This document shows, in pieces, positions 24,964 through 37,410 of a stretch of DNA of 64,000 nucleotides. The notes under the pieces are model-generated. The model ran no database searches, was not told where the DNA came from, and worked only from the letters and a program-made list of their open reading frames with translations. Made by a program: the position numbers and the translations under genes. The DNA is from Psammoneis japonica. Lineage: Eukaryota. The stretch is from the NCBI GenBank assembly GCA_008632985.1, contig QPGO01000027.1:62001-126000 (forward strand). The letters run 5' to 3'. The first letter of the stretch is position 1. Every line of letters starts with the position of its first letter.

Positions 24964-26526
24964 ATGGCGACGACACTTGTAGACGCGGCCGTGAGCCAGG
25001 ACTCTGTCGCTGATAAGCATCAAGATGCTGTACAGGATTTTTCACTGGAGACTGCCGGTTGCTGTTTTGAAAGAGCCGCAAAACACGTCGTGAAATATCG
25101 AGCCAACCCAGACGCGGGTATTCTGTCGTGCTTTGAAGCCTATTGTGCATCGCCAGAGTTCGTAGAAAGCGTCAAGAACTTTGGATTGCAGACTCCAGAC
25201 TTTACTCCGAGTAACTTGGCTTGTCCAGGAAATGCAGCATTTGATAAGTTTGCAAATGCTTGTCAGGGTCTTGCTCCAAGCAGCCGTCTCGCAGTCGTGT
25301 TTCACGGCACGCGTAAGGGTAATATTCCCGATATTCTTAGAAATGGACTCGATCCTTCCAAACGAAAAGGCCAAGCCTATGGACCGGGCGAATATTTTTC
25401 CAAGGAGCCCGGTGTTTCGGTCAGTTACTGTGGTGGGGGCGAGAAAATGCTCGTCTTTGTCGTGGTGGTGCCTGTTCCTGCGGAGAATTGCCCACCCGAC
25501 TATGTAGTAGTAAACAACAACGACCATCAGGTTCCTCTGGGAGTCCTTTCATTCAAGGGTGTGGACCATAGTGTATTGAAGCGGTCTCATGGGATGAAAC
25601 AAAAACTAAGACGACTGACAATGGAAGTTTTCAAGAAATCTCAGGAAGCGGACGAAGCCATGGCAAAGGCAACAATTATTCAGCTCTTGTTCAAGGAGCG
25701 TGTAGACATTGCATCCGAAAAGTACCAAAAGGAAATGAATGGTCTAACCCACATTTCTAAGCGCGAAATATCCATGTATGTTCATAACCTGCTCGATGAG
25801 GATTTGGTTGACTTTTACTTTCCTGGATTGCCAAAGCCGATGCTAGCAAAGGAACGTGACACTGCAACAATCAAGAGCGTAGATCAGACACAAAAGGAAG
25901 TATCAAAAGCAAAGGAAGAACTTGCAAAAGAGAGCTCAAATTTTGCGAATGGTGTGACAGACTCTGCTGTTGCAGCCAACACGAAGGCCAACATCAAGTT
26001 GGCAATGAAGCAGACTCGCGAGGCGGCTCGATCGGCCACCGCGGCGGCGGGGCAGTCACATCCTCCACCGCCTATTGCTGCATCATCTATGCTGGCAAAT
26101 TCAAACGCCTCACTGGCCAATGCTATTGCTGAAACGAATGCGCAAATGATGGTAGCAGCATCCTTGCTGCAACACCCATACCCGAACCTCCTCCCACCAG
26201 TCGATTCACCTCCCTTTTCCGCCGAAGACGTGAGTGCTCTTTCTTATTGTTTATTCCTTGTGTTGTTTCAGCAAAGCTTACATCGCGTTGGTACCGCTTA
26301 TGTAGGACCTGACTCTATGGAACGGGCATGAATCGTTGGGGACCGGTGGGACAAGATTAGCACCATTTCCTTTCGCGACTCGCGGTCCGCGGATTCCCTC
26401 AAGGATCGTTGGCACTGCCCTGCGTTCAAGAATTTCATTACGAAACGTTTCGGATCAAACGCATTCGACAAAGGGTCCCCTGGAGATGCTAAAAAATTGA
26501 GACCTGCCGGTTCTCACGAGCTCTAA
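24964..26526 (+). CDS. PARP-like ADP-ribosyltransferase catalytic domain + C-terminal Myb/SANT-like domain
   Basis: VVFHGT..NI..ILRNGLD..GQAYGPGEYFS..SVSYC..DYVVVNN..Q.P. After intron ~26230-26306 the sequence reads FSAEDDLTLW..RWDKIS..RSADSLKDRW (one G-run indel). Confidence 0.7.
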
Positions 26527-27641
26527 AGTAGAGTTATGAAGACCACTAGTAACCAGTCTAATTCATGAGTAAGATTGATGGGACTTCATTCCATCAAATA
26601 GGAAAAACATCTATGTATCCTTAATGTCGACTTTCTTCTTCATCCTTCCTGCACAAATCTAAAGCACACATTGCTGAGTTAGCCATCAGCAACGAGCAAA
26701 CACCCAAAAACGTGACAAACGCACACGACACACAACACTGTGCTGGTGTTGTGTGCGGTGTGCGTTGTCTCGGGTCCATTATTTGCGTTCAGCAGCCAGC
26801 GCAGACACTGCCGAGAATAACGGTTCAAGTTCATGGTCTTTGATTAGATTTTATTGATTGTCAACTAAACCTATAAGCAAAGATAGGCAATGTTGCAGAA
26901 GACGAACGGCATGATGTCCGCATTATCGTCGATCGATCGATCGATCGACATCGACTTCAAGACAGTCTGTCATTCTACCGTTTTCAGAAGATCGGTGAAA
27001 GATCCGAAACGCGACCACTTTTCACTTTTCATGCACCGGGACTCACGTGTCATTTCATATTTTTGACTTCCCTTTCGCGTTTTGGCGCGGAGTCGTCGTT
27101 TCCTGACATGAGCTGCTTCCTATTCCAATCTTGAGCCTTTCCGAGAAGAAGATTCTCAGTGGTCGCATCTTCTTTGCGCGATCTCTTCTATTTCCGCGGA
27201 ATGATACCCACCATAAATCATCGCATGCTCCGTCCGACTCACAAAAAGTGTTTGCGCGACAAATCAGGCATGTATGCGGATCCGGGTTTGGATAACTTCG
27301 TTTCATCATCGCGATTGGCACATCCATAATGTCGGATCGGATTTCTTTCGCGTGAGCTCTCCAAGTCTCTCGCAACATGAGTCGTCCCATGATAGTACTT
27401 AGAGAGACGCGATTGAAAATGCGACGTTGATCTCTTTGCGAGGGTTCATTGTTCCATTTTGCAGACTCACAAAAAGTAAGAAAGTACCATCAACTACTGA
27501 GCCTCCCAAAAAGTTTTCTTCCAATATTCTCCTTTCCTGAGCTCCGTGAGTACACTAGAGTACACATTGTAAAGCGAACCGTGTGGCTGTAGCAGATACC
27601 TAACAAACACCTTCCTCTTTTGCAAACCCGCGACAGACAAA

Positions 27642-30550
27642 ATGAAGTTGCTCTTTGCAACATCTCTGTTTCTCACGCGTTCTCTTGCCAGCAGCGATGA
27701 ATGGCACCGTCATTTACGTGTCCGGCACCTCAACGGCGATGACGGCTTTATCATTTATGGCCATGAAAACGGCTGCATTGTGCCCACCTGCCTTGGCAGT
27801 GAGTGTGGGGCCTTCTTTGCTTCGTGCAACTACCCCACTGACTCAAACACCAATACCCATTGGTATCAGGACGATTCCGGGTTGCTCCACTCCGGTTCGG
27901 ATCATAGTAAATGTCTGCAAGCTGCGTGGGGCAATGTAGTCAACGACGGATCGAAAGTGCGCTACGCCTCCTGCGACGCAAACAAGGCAACCCAACAGTT
28001 TGAGCCTGTTACGGCCTCGGGCAACATCAAGCTAAAGATGCGAAGCGACCTTTGCTTAATTGCTCATGGTAATCCACCATCAAGGACGTTTCCCAGATTA
28101 TCCTCAAAGCTTGTGGCGTGGTTGGCAATAGAGCCATCTGGAGGGCTCTGGATTTGCCTACGACACCATCTCCATCGACACAATCGCCGACCACGCCATC
28201 TCCAACGACACCATCACCAACGACACCATCGCCGACCACACCATCTCCAACGACACCGTCACCAACGACGCTATCGCCAACAACGCTATTGCCGACAACG
28301 CTGGCACCAACAACGCCGCCGCAGACAGGTCTCAACGTCGCTGTCTATTACTATCCTTGGTATGGTAATAATTTTCACGGTGGTAAATATCTCCGGTATG
28401 TCACCCTTTCCTCTCCATAGTATGTAACGTGGTTCGACGAAATGCTGTCCTCATTCAACTCTGTTCTCTTGTTTAATAATTGAAATAGACATGATCTTGA
28501 AATGCAACAGAGGCCAGTGCTGGACGAATATGACGACAGCGATCCATCGGTCATCGCCAAGCATCTCGAATGGTCAAAGGACGCAAACATTCGCACGTGG
28601 GTTACTAGTTGGTGGGGTCCAGATTCATACGAAGACAAGACGATTCGCAATGTCATTCTGCCCCACCGCGATATCGGCGACCTTCAGATTGCCGTTCATT
28701 ACGAGTCAACAGGAAGAGGCAGAAACTCCACTGGACAACTGGACGAAGCACTCATCTTGGAGCGTGCTGACTCTGACATTGCGCACCTTTGTCAGCACTA
28801 CTTCTCCCACCCTAATTACATGCGAATTGGCGGTAAGCCCGTTGTTGTCTTCTACTTGAGTCGCTATTATGAGAGTGCACCAGAGCTCCAGCCGGGTCTA
28901 ATGAGAGAAACGTCGAGAGTCATGAAGGAAGCGGCTCGCAATTGTGGAGAAAGTGGGGTGTATCTTATTGGCGATCACGCTTTCAACGACATCCTCTTGC
29001 CTCTTGACTACCTCGATGCAATAACAAACTATGATGTTTATGGAAGTATTCAGGCGTATTCCAACGGGGAGTACTATGCGAAACAAAGTGGCATAGACCA
29101 GTACGTTGCCATGCAAGAAAAATGGCGTACCCACGCACAGCAACAGGGGAAAGGGTTCATTCCTGCTGCCAGTCCAGGCTTTAATGACCGATCCGTACGC
29201 TTGGAGGCTGACCATGTGCCGTTGTCACGCAAGCTGACACCGGATGCAGCGTTCGGTTCGCTCTTTGAAGAGTCTCTGAACAAAGCCGTCGATATGGTGG
29301 ATGCTTCGACCGGAAATATGCTGCTCATCAATTCTTGGAATGAATGGCATGAGGACACTCAGGTAAGTTCTACGTTGCGTCATGTATATCAAAATGCTTG
29401 TGTAATTAAAAATACCAATCGAAACTTTGTTTCTTAATTGCCACCAGATGAACCAGTCATTGGGTTCTCATCCAGCAAGTCTTCTCATCTGACAATGGAT
29501 GTGGAATATGAAGGATATGCCTTTCGTTATCTCGACATGCTACGAAAATTACCATCGGAGTCTCTTCCTCCACCTCCTCCTCCTGAAATTCCTCCTCCTC
29601 CCCCTGAAACCACCCCTCCTTCAGACTGCCCATCAACAATGGCGAACCCCGATGATCTATATCTGCAAGTGAATGACGTGGTTTTGAATAGCTACTGTCG
29701 AGATTTGTATGGGGGGAGCGTGTCTGCAGTGCGAGCTGGTGGATACGACTGGAAATGTCAGAACGCCGACCAATCGATTAGCGACGAGATTTCAATTGCT
29801 GACGTTTGCGCTCGGGAGGTTAGCCCCAACCACGTGGAGGTGCTTCTTGGTGGAACTGAAGATGACTGGGCATGCGTGAATTGGGAAGAGGCTCGTTACA
29901 GTGTCGTGCCTGTTATTGTCGTGGCGAGCGACTTTGTGTCGGATCGGAATGCAATATCTGGGGCCGTTGAATCAGTGACCGCGACGGTGGAGCGAGTTCG
30001 CGAGTGGTACGAAGAAAAGATGACCTCCGGTAAAACGTTCCGTTTAGGTCGTCCCATTCTTCGCCTTTCAAGCCGAACAGGGGAATACTGGAACGAACTT
30101 TCCTGCAAGACTGCCATTCCTCAAGACCGCCCGCAAGAATGCTTGAGCAATGATCCTGAAGCTAAGCGCTACGAATATCTTTACCAAGCATCGGGAGAAG
30201 CACAAGAAACCTCGCTTGGAGTATCACCTCAAGATATTACTGTGCCCATTTTCGTGTTTACGGGACCCGACGCTTCCCCATTCTGGCTTGGCGCGGCTGC
30301 CGCTGGTCAATTCAGTGTGAATCCTCCCAACGTTGCAGTATGCCCAGTGAACAGTGACACTTGTGGATTATACTCGATTGCACACGAAATAGGTCATTCG
30401 TTCAATCTGGCGCACAGCTGTGAGAATCTAGCGGTCCCAGAGCCACAATGCTATAATGGAATCATGGAGAACCCTCCCGATGTCCTCAATGCTGTCCTCT
30501 TTGAGTTTGAGCAGGACATTCTCGACGGTTCTTGTTTCTTCCGTGCCTAG
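27642..30550 (+). CDS. Secreted multidomain protein: ricin-B lectin, Pro/Thr linker, GH99-like glycoside hydrolase, metzincin-like peptidase
   Basis: Signal peptide. Ricin-type C..QxF motifs. (TTPSP)n linker. YYYPWY, WVTSWWG, YFSHPNY.RIGGKPV, PGFND, INSWNEWHEDTQ. HEIGHSFNLAH. Introns ~28396-28489 and 29363-29447, plus indels. Confidence 0.75.
28158..28322 (+). repeat. 15-bp coding tandem repeat encoding TTPSP/TTLSP
   Basis: Units such as acgacaccatctcca and acgacaccatcacca, about 11 copies. Confidence 0.85.
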
Positions 30551-33359
30551 TAGAGGAACAACAATTGCTGTGACCTCTCTACTCGACGGCACCAAGCCAG
30601 GAATGAATGTGTCTACGTATATATTTGCTTATTATATTTAATCTTTATAGTTTACTCGCTTGAGCCAACATGGTGTGGCAGGATTATAGTTGCGTTAATT
30701 ACTCCCGGTAGAGAGACTGAAGCGGTCGACGACTTTGGTGCTGAGAACTTGGAGGAACTTGAACCTGCTCAAGGTGACACATTGCGGGACGGGCGACTTT
30801 ACAGATGCTGGGCCGTCAAACAGTCCTTTTTGAAACAGCGGCAACTTTTTATGTGCACAGTCACACTCACAATTTGTTGGTTGGGGTTTCACCAACAAGA
30901 TGATCATAAACAATCAACCAACACAGTGATTGCTGGTCAATGCTGGTGCCCTTGGGGCAGTCTTTTTTGGCTGGCTGAGGAACAAAACTGTGTGGACAGA
31001 TGTCTCAGACTGGCATCAAGATGCTGTACATGCAATCAAAAACAAGTGCAAGGCTGCTGTTGCCGCCATCACCCCACACCCCCAGGTGCAAGAACACGCT
31101 CTACAGCTGAGCCAAGAACCAACAATGTGTGACACATGTCACCATGACCCACCTCAAGACCCGTTGTTGGGTGTGCAAGTCTCAGAGCCAGCACTTGCAT
31201 CACTCTGGCTGTTGTTGATTTCTTCAACATTGTGGCCACATCTTCCCTTCCATGTGACCACCAGGACAACCTCTGTCACATCCACCCCCACCAAACTGTT
31301 GACCATGTTCTTGTGTGCTCAGATCACAACCACCTCTCTGTTGAACCCCCCCCCCCCCATCTGCCACAATGATGAACCACATGGTCAGGTCCATTGCAGC
31401 CCATCTCTGAATGAAGTCTTTTTTGTGAAAAACTGAGCAAGAGCTTCAACAAGTTGGCTGGGCTCCACCACCATGCAAATGAGACACTTGAAAGAAGTGC
31501 AATGCTTTGGCAAAAAGCAGCAGCAAAATGACTTGTTGCAAGAACAAAAGAGCACACCCTTTCAAAAATCTGGTGGAGAAACTTGCAAATGTGTTTGTTG
31601 CCTTGCCAAGGACCCCAAGTCAACTTGAGATTTTCTGGTCATCAAAAAGTTGATGCACCATGCTGAGGCAGCTGTGCTCAAACTTCTGATGCTGAGCTTT
31701 GGCTTGCAAAGCTGTTGTCAGCAAAAAAGGGCAAAGAGACTTCTGAGGAGCTCTTCTTTGCCATTGCTGTAGTTGGCCCAAGATTAGAAAGCACTGTGGC
31801 TGTCTTCTGCTGTGCCAAAATTGTGAAATCCAAAAATCCCATCCAGGGGCATTGACCAAACATTCTTGGAGCACACAACAAACCTGGCGACATTGCTCTC
31901 ATGGAATTTTGATCCCCCTCAAGTGGCAGCTGGCACACACAGTGCACCTCATCATCACAAATTCACCAGCCATGGCATGGGCATGAAAACAACACAGAAA
32001 GGTGCTCTCTGTCATCAACTTTTTGACAACAAGTTCAAAAATGCACTCTTGCACAAATCACGGTCTTTGGGCTCAAAGTTTGCTGAGTCACCAGCCGTTG
32101 CAGCTGAGCTTTCTCAACAAGCTTTAAAGCTGACCTGCAAAAGCCAAAGCCTCTTCAGCAACCTCAGTGGCTCTCAAATCATGGCCATGATGCTGCCTGT
32201 CATGAACCCACTGCCCACTCCAATTCTTGGACCATTCTTTTAGTCTGAGAGCCACTCCAAGATGATTGACATGACCTTCAATGTCAGTGCAAGCTGCCAT
32301 GCACCACACTTGGCCATCTTGGTGACACCAGCACAGATGATGTTCAAGTGACTGAAGCCCTTCATTCACAACACAGTGCACATGGGATGAACAGCCAAAT
32401 TCATGTTGCATGCCTGCAAAGTTGCTGAGCCCACACAAGGCAGCACAGCTGCCTGCTGTTGTGCAGTTGATGAGTTTGCATCCAACAGAGCAGACCCAAC
32501 AGGCAGAGTGGAAGAAGTTTGTCAAAGATGTGAGAAAAAATCCACAGAAGTCATCATGCATGCATGCAAACCAACCACCAGCACCATGGGCTGATCAACC
32601 CCCCGCACCATTTTGTCTGAAGAACTGCAGCTGTCAGAGACACAGCCCAATGCACTGCCAGCTCTGCTTCCACTTTTGTGTGGCAGAGAACAAATGTTTG
32701 TGCATGCAAGTGTGAGTGCCAGCAGGGCCATGCAAGTGCACATCACATGTGAGCTCCAGTGCCTGCATTTCTGCCACCCGCTGTCTGTGACCCAGCACTC
32801 ATCATGATGTTCTTGGGCATGCTGCTTTTGGCTGTTTTCTGTCTTGTGCCATCACAGTGTGTGTTGCAGCTCTGATGAAGCAAATGCAATCTCTGTTGAT
32901 CTTGCCTTTTGGTGGGTGGAGAGGACAAAGTGTGTGCATCTGGGACACCAATGATCTGGGTCTGACCGTCTGCCACAATCTGGGCATTTCTTGACTTTAA
33001 CACCAGATTTTTGTCAACTTATGAGCCAATTCTCTCCTTGAACACAACATGAGAACTGTGTGAGTTTGTGAGCTTCTAAAACCCAAATTGCTTCTCACTT
33101 TTAAGTGCGATCATTCCTTTCACACAATGCAGACCTGCACCCCAATTGACATTTGGGGTTTCTTGTTCTTTTAACACAAATGTTGCTGCTCATAATCCAC
33201 CCTCCTTTTCTGCCAACTTGTCCCACATTTTGTCTCATTGCTGTGCCATTTTCAAATCCAACTTCCCAATTGCCACACGTTGTTGCATCTGGGCCGCATC
33301 GCAGAATGTTTTTTTTAATTTTCACTTGCCCAGATGTCATTGTTTGTTTCAAATTAAGT

Positions 33360-34493
33360 TCACACACCAGTTTGGTTGGTGGCCATTGCGGCATTTGCTG
33401 CCGCTCCGTTGCCTGCAGCCACCGCCTGCAATGGCAGGTCCTCTCCCATTGGCGCCGCCCATCCTTCCTCTCTCTCCTTTCTTTTTTCCTCTCTTTTGCA
33501 TTTCTTGTTTTCCTCCTGAGACAAGTTTGTCTTCTCTTGCCTTCTCTCCTTGAACCATGCACCGAATCCCTGGTTGTTCTCTCTGTCTTTCACCACCCAC
33601 TGATGCAGATCATTGCACTTCTCGATCCCCTCCTTGCTCCATCCTTGGTTCCTCTTTGCTGATTCCCCCGCCGCCAGCGCTGTGCACTTTGCAGGAGCAG
33701 CATCTTTCACAGTTGGCTTTCTTCTCCTTGCAATGTTTTCTTCCTTTTCCAATTTCTCTGCCGTGTCCTTCACCTTGTTGCAGCAGTTCAAGCACACTGG
33801 CAGAGCAAACGCCTCCGACGAAACCGAAAGCCATTCCTGAAGCATGTCGGTTGTGCTTCCACCAAACTGCACTTGTCCCACCACCGTCGGCACCACAGTT
33901 TCCAAGAACCGTGCACATGTGTCCTTGTCATTTCTTCCCTTTGTCAAGTCTTCGTAAGCCACCAGCGATCCCTCTAAAGCAGCAACTGCACAGACAATGG
34001 CAAAGGAAGAGACACTCATCCTGTTGGACAATCGCCTCCAACACAATCACCGGCACGCACACATCCACTCACCTGTCATTCTCCTCCCAATGTTGTCCTG
34101 CACACTGTTCCTCTTTCGGTTGAGTTTGGTCCTGAACACCTCTTTGCATTCTTCCCAGAACTTCCCCGGTGAAGACGCCATGCTCCTTGGCTCCTGCAGA
34201 ACCAATTTCATGCAATCTCCTCCCACGGCAAGTTCATGATCGAAGATTGTGAACTTGCGACATGGCCAAACACTCTCATTGACAACCTTGGTCAACATCG
34301 ATGCTGTCAATTTCTCGCTCACTGCCGGTGCACGATCCAACACAAGACATCCCTCTGTGGGAGTCACCACCGAACTTGAATCGCCACCTGCATGCTGGAA
34401 TCTGTTCAACTCCCCATGTTCGTTTCTTTGTGCATGCAACAAGGCCGCCACCGCAGGACTCATGGCAACTTCATGTGACACCACACAGATCAA
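33360..34493 (-). pseudogene. Decayed TE-associated hypothetical protein
   Basis: VVPTVVG..SSEAFAL.V(C>Y)LN(CC>YY)..K(C>Y)T..NQGWSKEGIEK(C>Y)NDL(H>Y)..V.KDR resembles an ORF family I associate with diatom DNA transposons. Contains an internal stop. Confidence 0.5.
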
Positions 34494-36044
34494 TCCAACA
34501 ATTGTGTCAGTTTGTCAGCAATTCTTTGTCATGTCCTTTCTCAATCTCACTTGCCGCTGGAAGTTGCACTTCCTCCCTCCGTCGCTCCTGTGAGAACTGC
34601 ATCCTCCATTTTTTTTACCTTCCCAATGGCTTCCTCTTTTTTGGAACTTCCGTCCTTTCCTGTCGCTTTGTGAAAGGCAAGTTGCGAAAAGAATGCACTT
34701 TTGCATGTGATTTTCTCGGTTTTGTTGTTGCTCGCGTGTCCTCTCTCGATTCAAACAGGTCTTTGCATCATTTTTGAGTTCTCATTCCCAACCCCATGTT
34801 TGCACTTCTATCAACATTTCACTGTTTTGAATTGTGTGCCTTTTTCAGCCAATCCAATGCACCAATGAAGATTGCCATGTCATTCAAATCAATGCCAAAC
34901 AACATGTTGTATCTCCTTGTGTCAGTGCATGCATTGCGCTTCCTTGTTGATGCAACATCTGCTTCCTTTGGCACATTGAGTCGTGTCAAACCTCCTGTTT
35001 GTCATCCCTGTCTCAATGGGTCATTCCCTCTGCTTCCCTGACACCACATTTGTCCAGCTGCTCTCTCTGTTGCCCAAATTTTCCAATCCACTTTAATGTC
35101 CACTGAAGTGTGTCATTGTCGCTAAGATGTGGTTGTTGTGAGTCATTCCCGTTGCAGGAACGCGTGTTCCCTCTGTTGCAATCACGTGCCGCCAATTGAT
35201 GATCAAATTGGTCGTTTTGCTGGTGGTGGTGTGGAATCACACGGTGGTGCGGCAAGCTTTGCCTTCTCCGCCAAGGTCATTTGTAACCCCGCTCTCTTTG
35301 CGGCACAAATTCGAAGCCGTTTTAATTTCCTCGACGTTGGTGGTGGTGTTGGCGGTTTTGCGATTGCCTGTCGTCTGCTTGTTCCTGCCTGCAATGCCTG
35401 CAGCATCGAGTTCCACCATCCCCGTCATGATCTTGGCTCTCAGTGGTGTGGTGCCACATGGCACAACAATGCCAGTCGCTTCCCGACCCTGATCAATCAG
35501 GGCTTCCTCTCCGAAGATGATGCTGTTCGTCGGTTGCACCGTCTGAACAACTTAAAGATTTTCTTCAATGGCTGCAATGGGCGAATGCTTTTTTTGACAA
35601 CAACGCGACACAGAACCAACTTGAGGAGATGCTGTCCAACGAGTGTCCTGAAGGTGCTGTTGTCATTTCACTGGACATGATGTTTTGTGTTTGTGCGCAC
35701 AAATGGAGGCATGGAGCATTCTTTGTTCCTGCCCATCCAGACAATCTGTCGTGGGGAGGTGGTGTTGACAGGCACCTGCTTCACAAGTGCACCAAGAAAA
35801 GAGACGATGCCGTGGAGACTGGGCATTCCACCAGGAACGACCTGGGGTCTGACATCAAATGTAAATTCAAGCCTGCCAAAAGTGGGTGACTTTGCAATTT
35901 CACTTTGTTTGTGACGTGACTGTCGTCCATGTGAGCAATGCATTGTCAATTGGCCCTTTACACAAACCCACTTTGCACCTGTGTCAACTTGCTGCTTTGC
36001 CAGTTTTGCATTCCAACACATGCTTGTTCACACGCTTGCTGTGT

Positions 36045-36941
36045 TCACACACTTGCTGTGTCGAAATTGTGGACTGGACATGCCATGTTCCTTCCATCCG
36101 AACTCGTTTTGTTGGGCAAAGCTTGGTGCAACATTCTTGCATCAAAAACAAATGCAGTGCCTGCTTCTCCAACCAGCAATTGTTTTTCCAAACCCAACCC
36201 AACCAATTGTCTTTCGCGCTCCTTCTCATTCAATGTCACCTCACAACTGTCCGGCCACATCTCCACTGCACCATTGTGCTCCGTCATGTCATCAAGGAAC
36301 AGAAACATGGTGAAAATTTTGTTGCCAGGTGACAATTTTGTTTCCACACAATCGCGATGAATTTCCCCCTTTGACCAGAAGTTGGATCTTGAACTTGAAG
36401 CAGGAGCATTTGCTGCTGTGTGCCGGGATGTCTTTCTGCTCAAATCACCCGCCAGGGGAAAGCCAGGAATTAACTCCAACATTTTTTCTGCCAACCCAAT
36501 GCCTTCCGCCTTTTCCTTTTTGTCAATGGTGAACTCACCGACAAAACGGTGTCCTTCCTTTTCTCCCTTCCTGCTTGGTGCCTTGTTTGCAAGCGTTGTC
36601 ATCTTGTTGAGCAGGGGTGGTGGTGTTTTGAATTTTTGCAAGCAGCCTTTTTTTCTTTCCTGGTGCTCTCTTTCTTTGGACCCCACCTTCTTGCTCTTGA
36701 CGACATGAGATTTCATTTTGCCCGGGCATGTCAGTGACTTGCCATGTTTCTGGCATGAAGTTGTCGGCCAACGGGCAAATTTCCGGCATCTGTTCACAGA
36801 ACACTTCCGCGCCATTCTCTGAAGTTGCCTGTTCCACCAAATCAAATGGCACCTGGTCTTTTTCTTTAAGTGGAACAGACCCAATGTAGCGAAAGTCCGC
36901 ACCCATTGCTTTGCAACAAAAACGGCTTTCTTGCCAAACAT
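36045..36941 (-). pseudogene. PhyH-type 2-oxoglutarate/Fe(II) dioxygenase with an N-terminal Cys/His cluster
   Basis: IHRD..FLFLDDMTEHNGAVEMWPDS..GEAGTAFVFDARMLH.A.PN.T..R gives the HxD...H facial triad and distal Arg. Upstream KCSVNRCRKFARWPTTSCQKHG. Confidence 0.7.
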
Positions 36942-37295
36942 GTGTTGCCAACAGCGGTCTGTCTGTTGTGGGCACCACGGGTGTTTTTTTCACAAACAGT
37001 CCCATGTGATGTTTTGACAACGGCAGTCCATCTGTCGGGTGCATCACAGACGTTTTTTTGCCAACAGTTGCATGTGATGTGATCTTCGTTGATCCTGTTT
37101 GCTGAATGATCTCATCAAATTGGTCATCCCAGCTGTCTCAAAAGCACAGAAAACAATTTTGTTGCTCACAATTCTGTTGGTGATGATGTGAGATGTTTTC
37201 ACATCACCACAGCGGCAGACACAAAGCAAAAGCTTCCATCCACCGCACATTCCGCACCACAAACAAACCATTGCTTTTTCAGCACTGCACCCATC

Positions 37296-37410
37296 TGTTG
37301 ACAGAGCAATTTGGTGTCACTTTTCATTGTTAGAACTGTTTGTTAACAAAGTAATTTGGTGTCACTTTTCTGTTGTCAAACATGTTTGTCAACAGAAGAA
37401 TTTGGCATCA
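37296..37410. repeat. ~45-bp tandem repeat, 2.5 copies
   Basis: tgttgacagagcaatttggtgtcacttttc / tgttaacaaagtaatttggtgtcacttttc / tgtcaacagaagaatttggcatca. Confidence 0.8.

Noticed and set aside
26931..26948. (GATC)n palindromic run
   Set aside because: Short microsatellite with no supporting context.
27055..27390. 111-aa ORF on the minus strand
   Set aside because: No recognisable motif, so it cannot be supported as a gene.
28158..28322. Short regular repeats as a CRISPR-like array
   Set aside because: There are no spacers; this is an in-frame Pro/Thr linker in a eukaryotic gene.
36045..36500. Calling the dioxygenase TET/JBP
   Set aside because: The LDD...NG..P.S and G....FD..L.H pattern fits PhyH-like enzymes. 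I see no TET/JBP-specific motifs.
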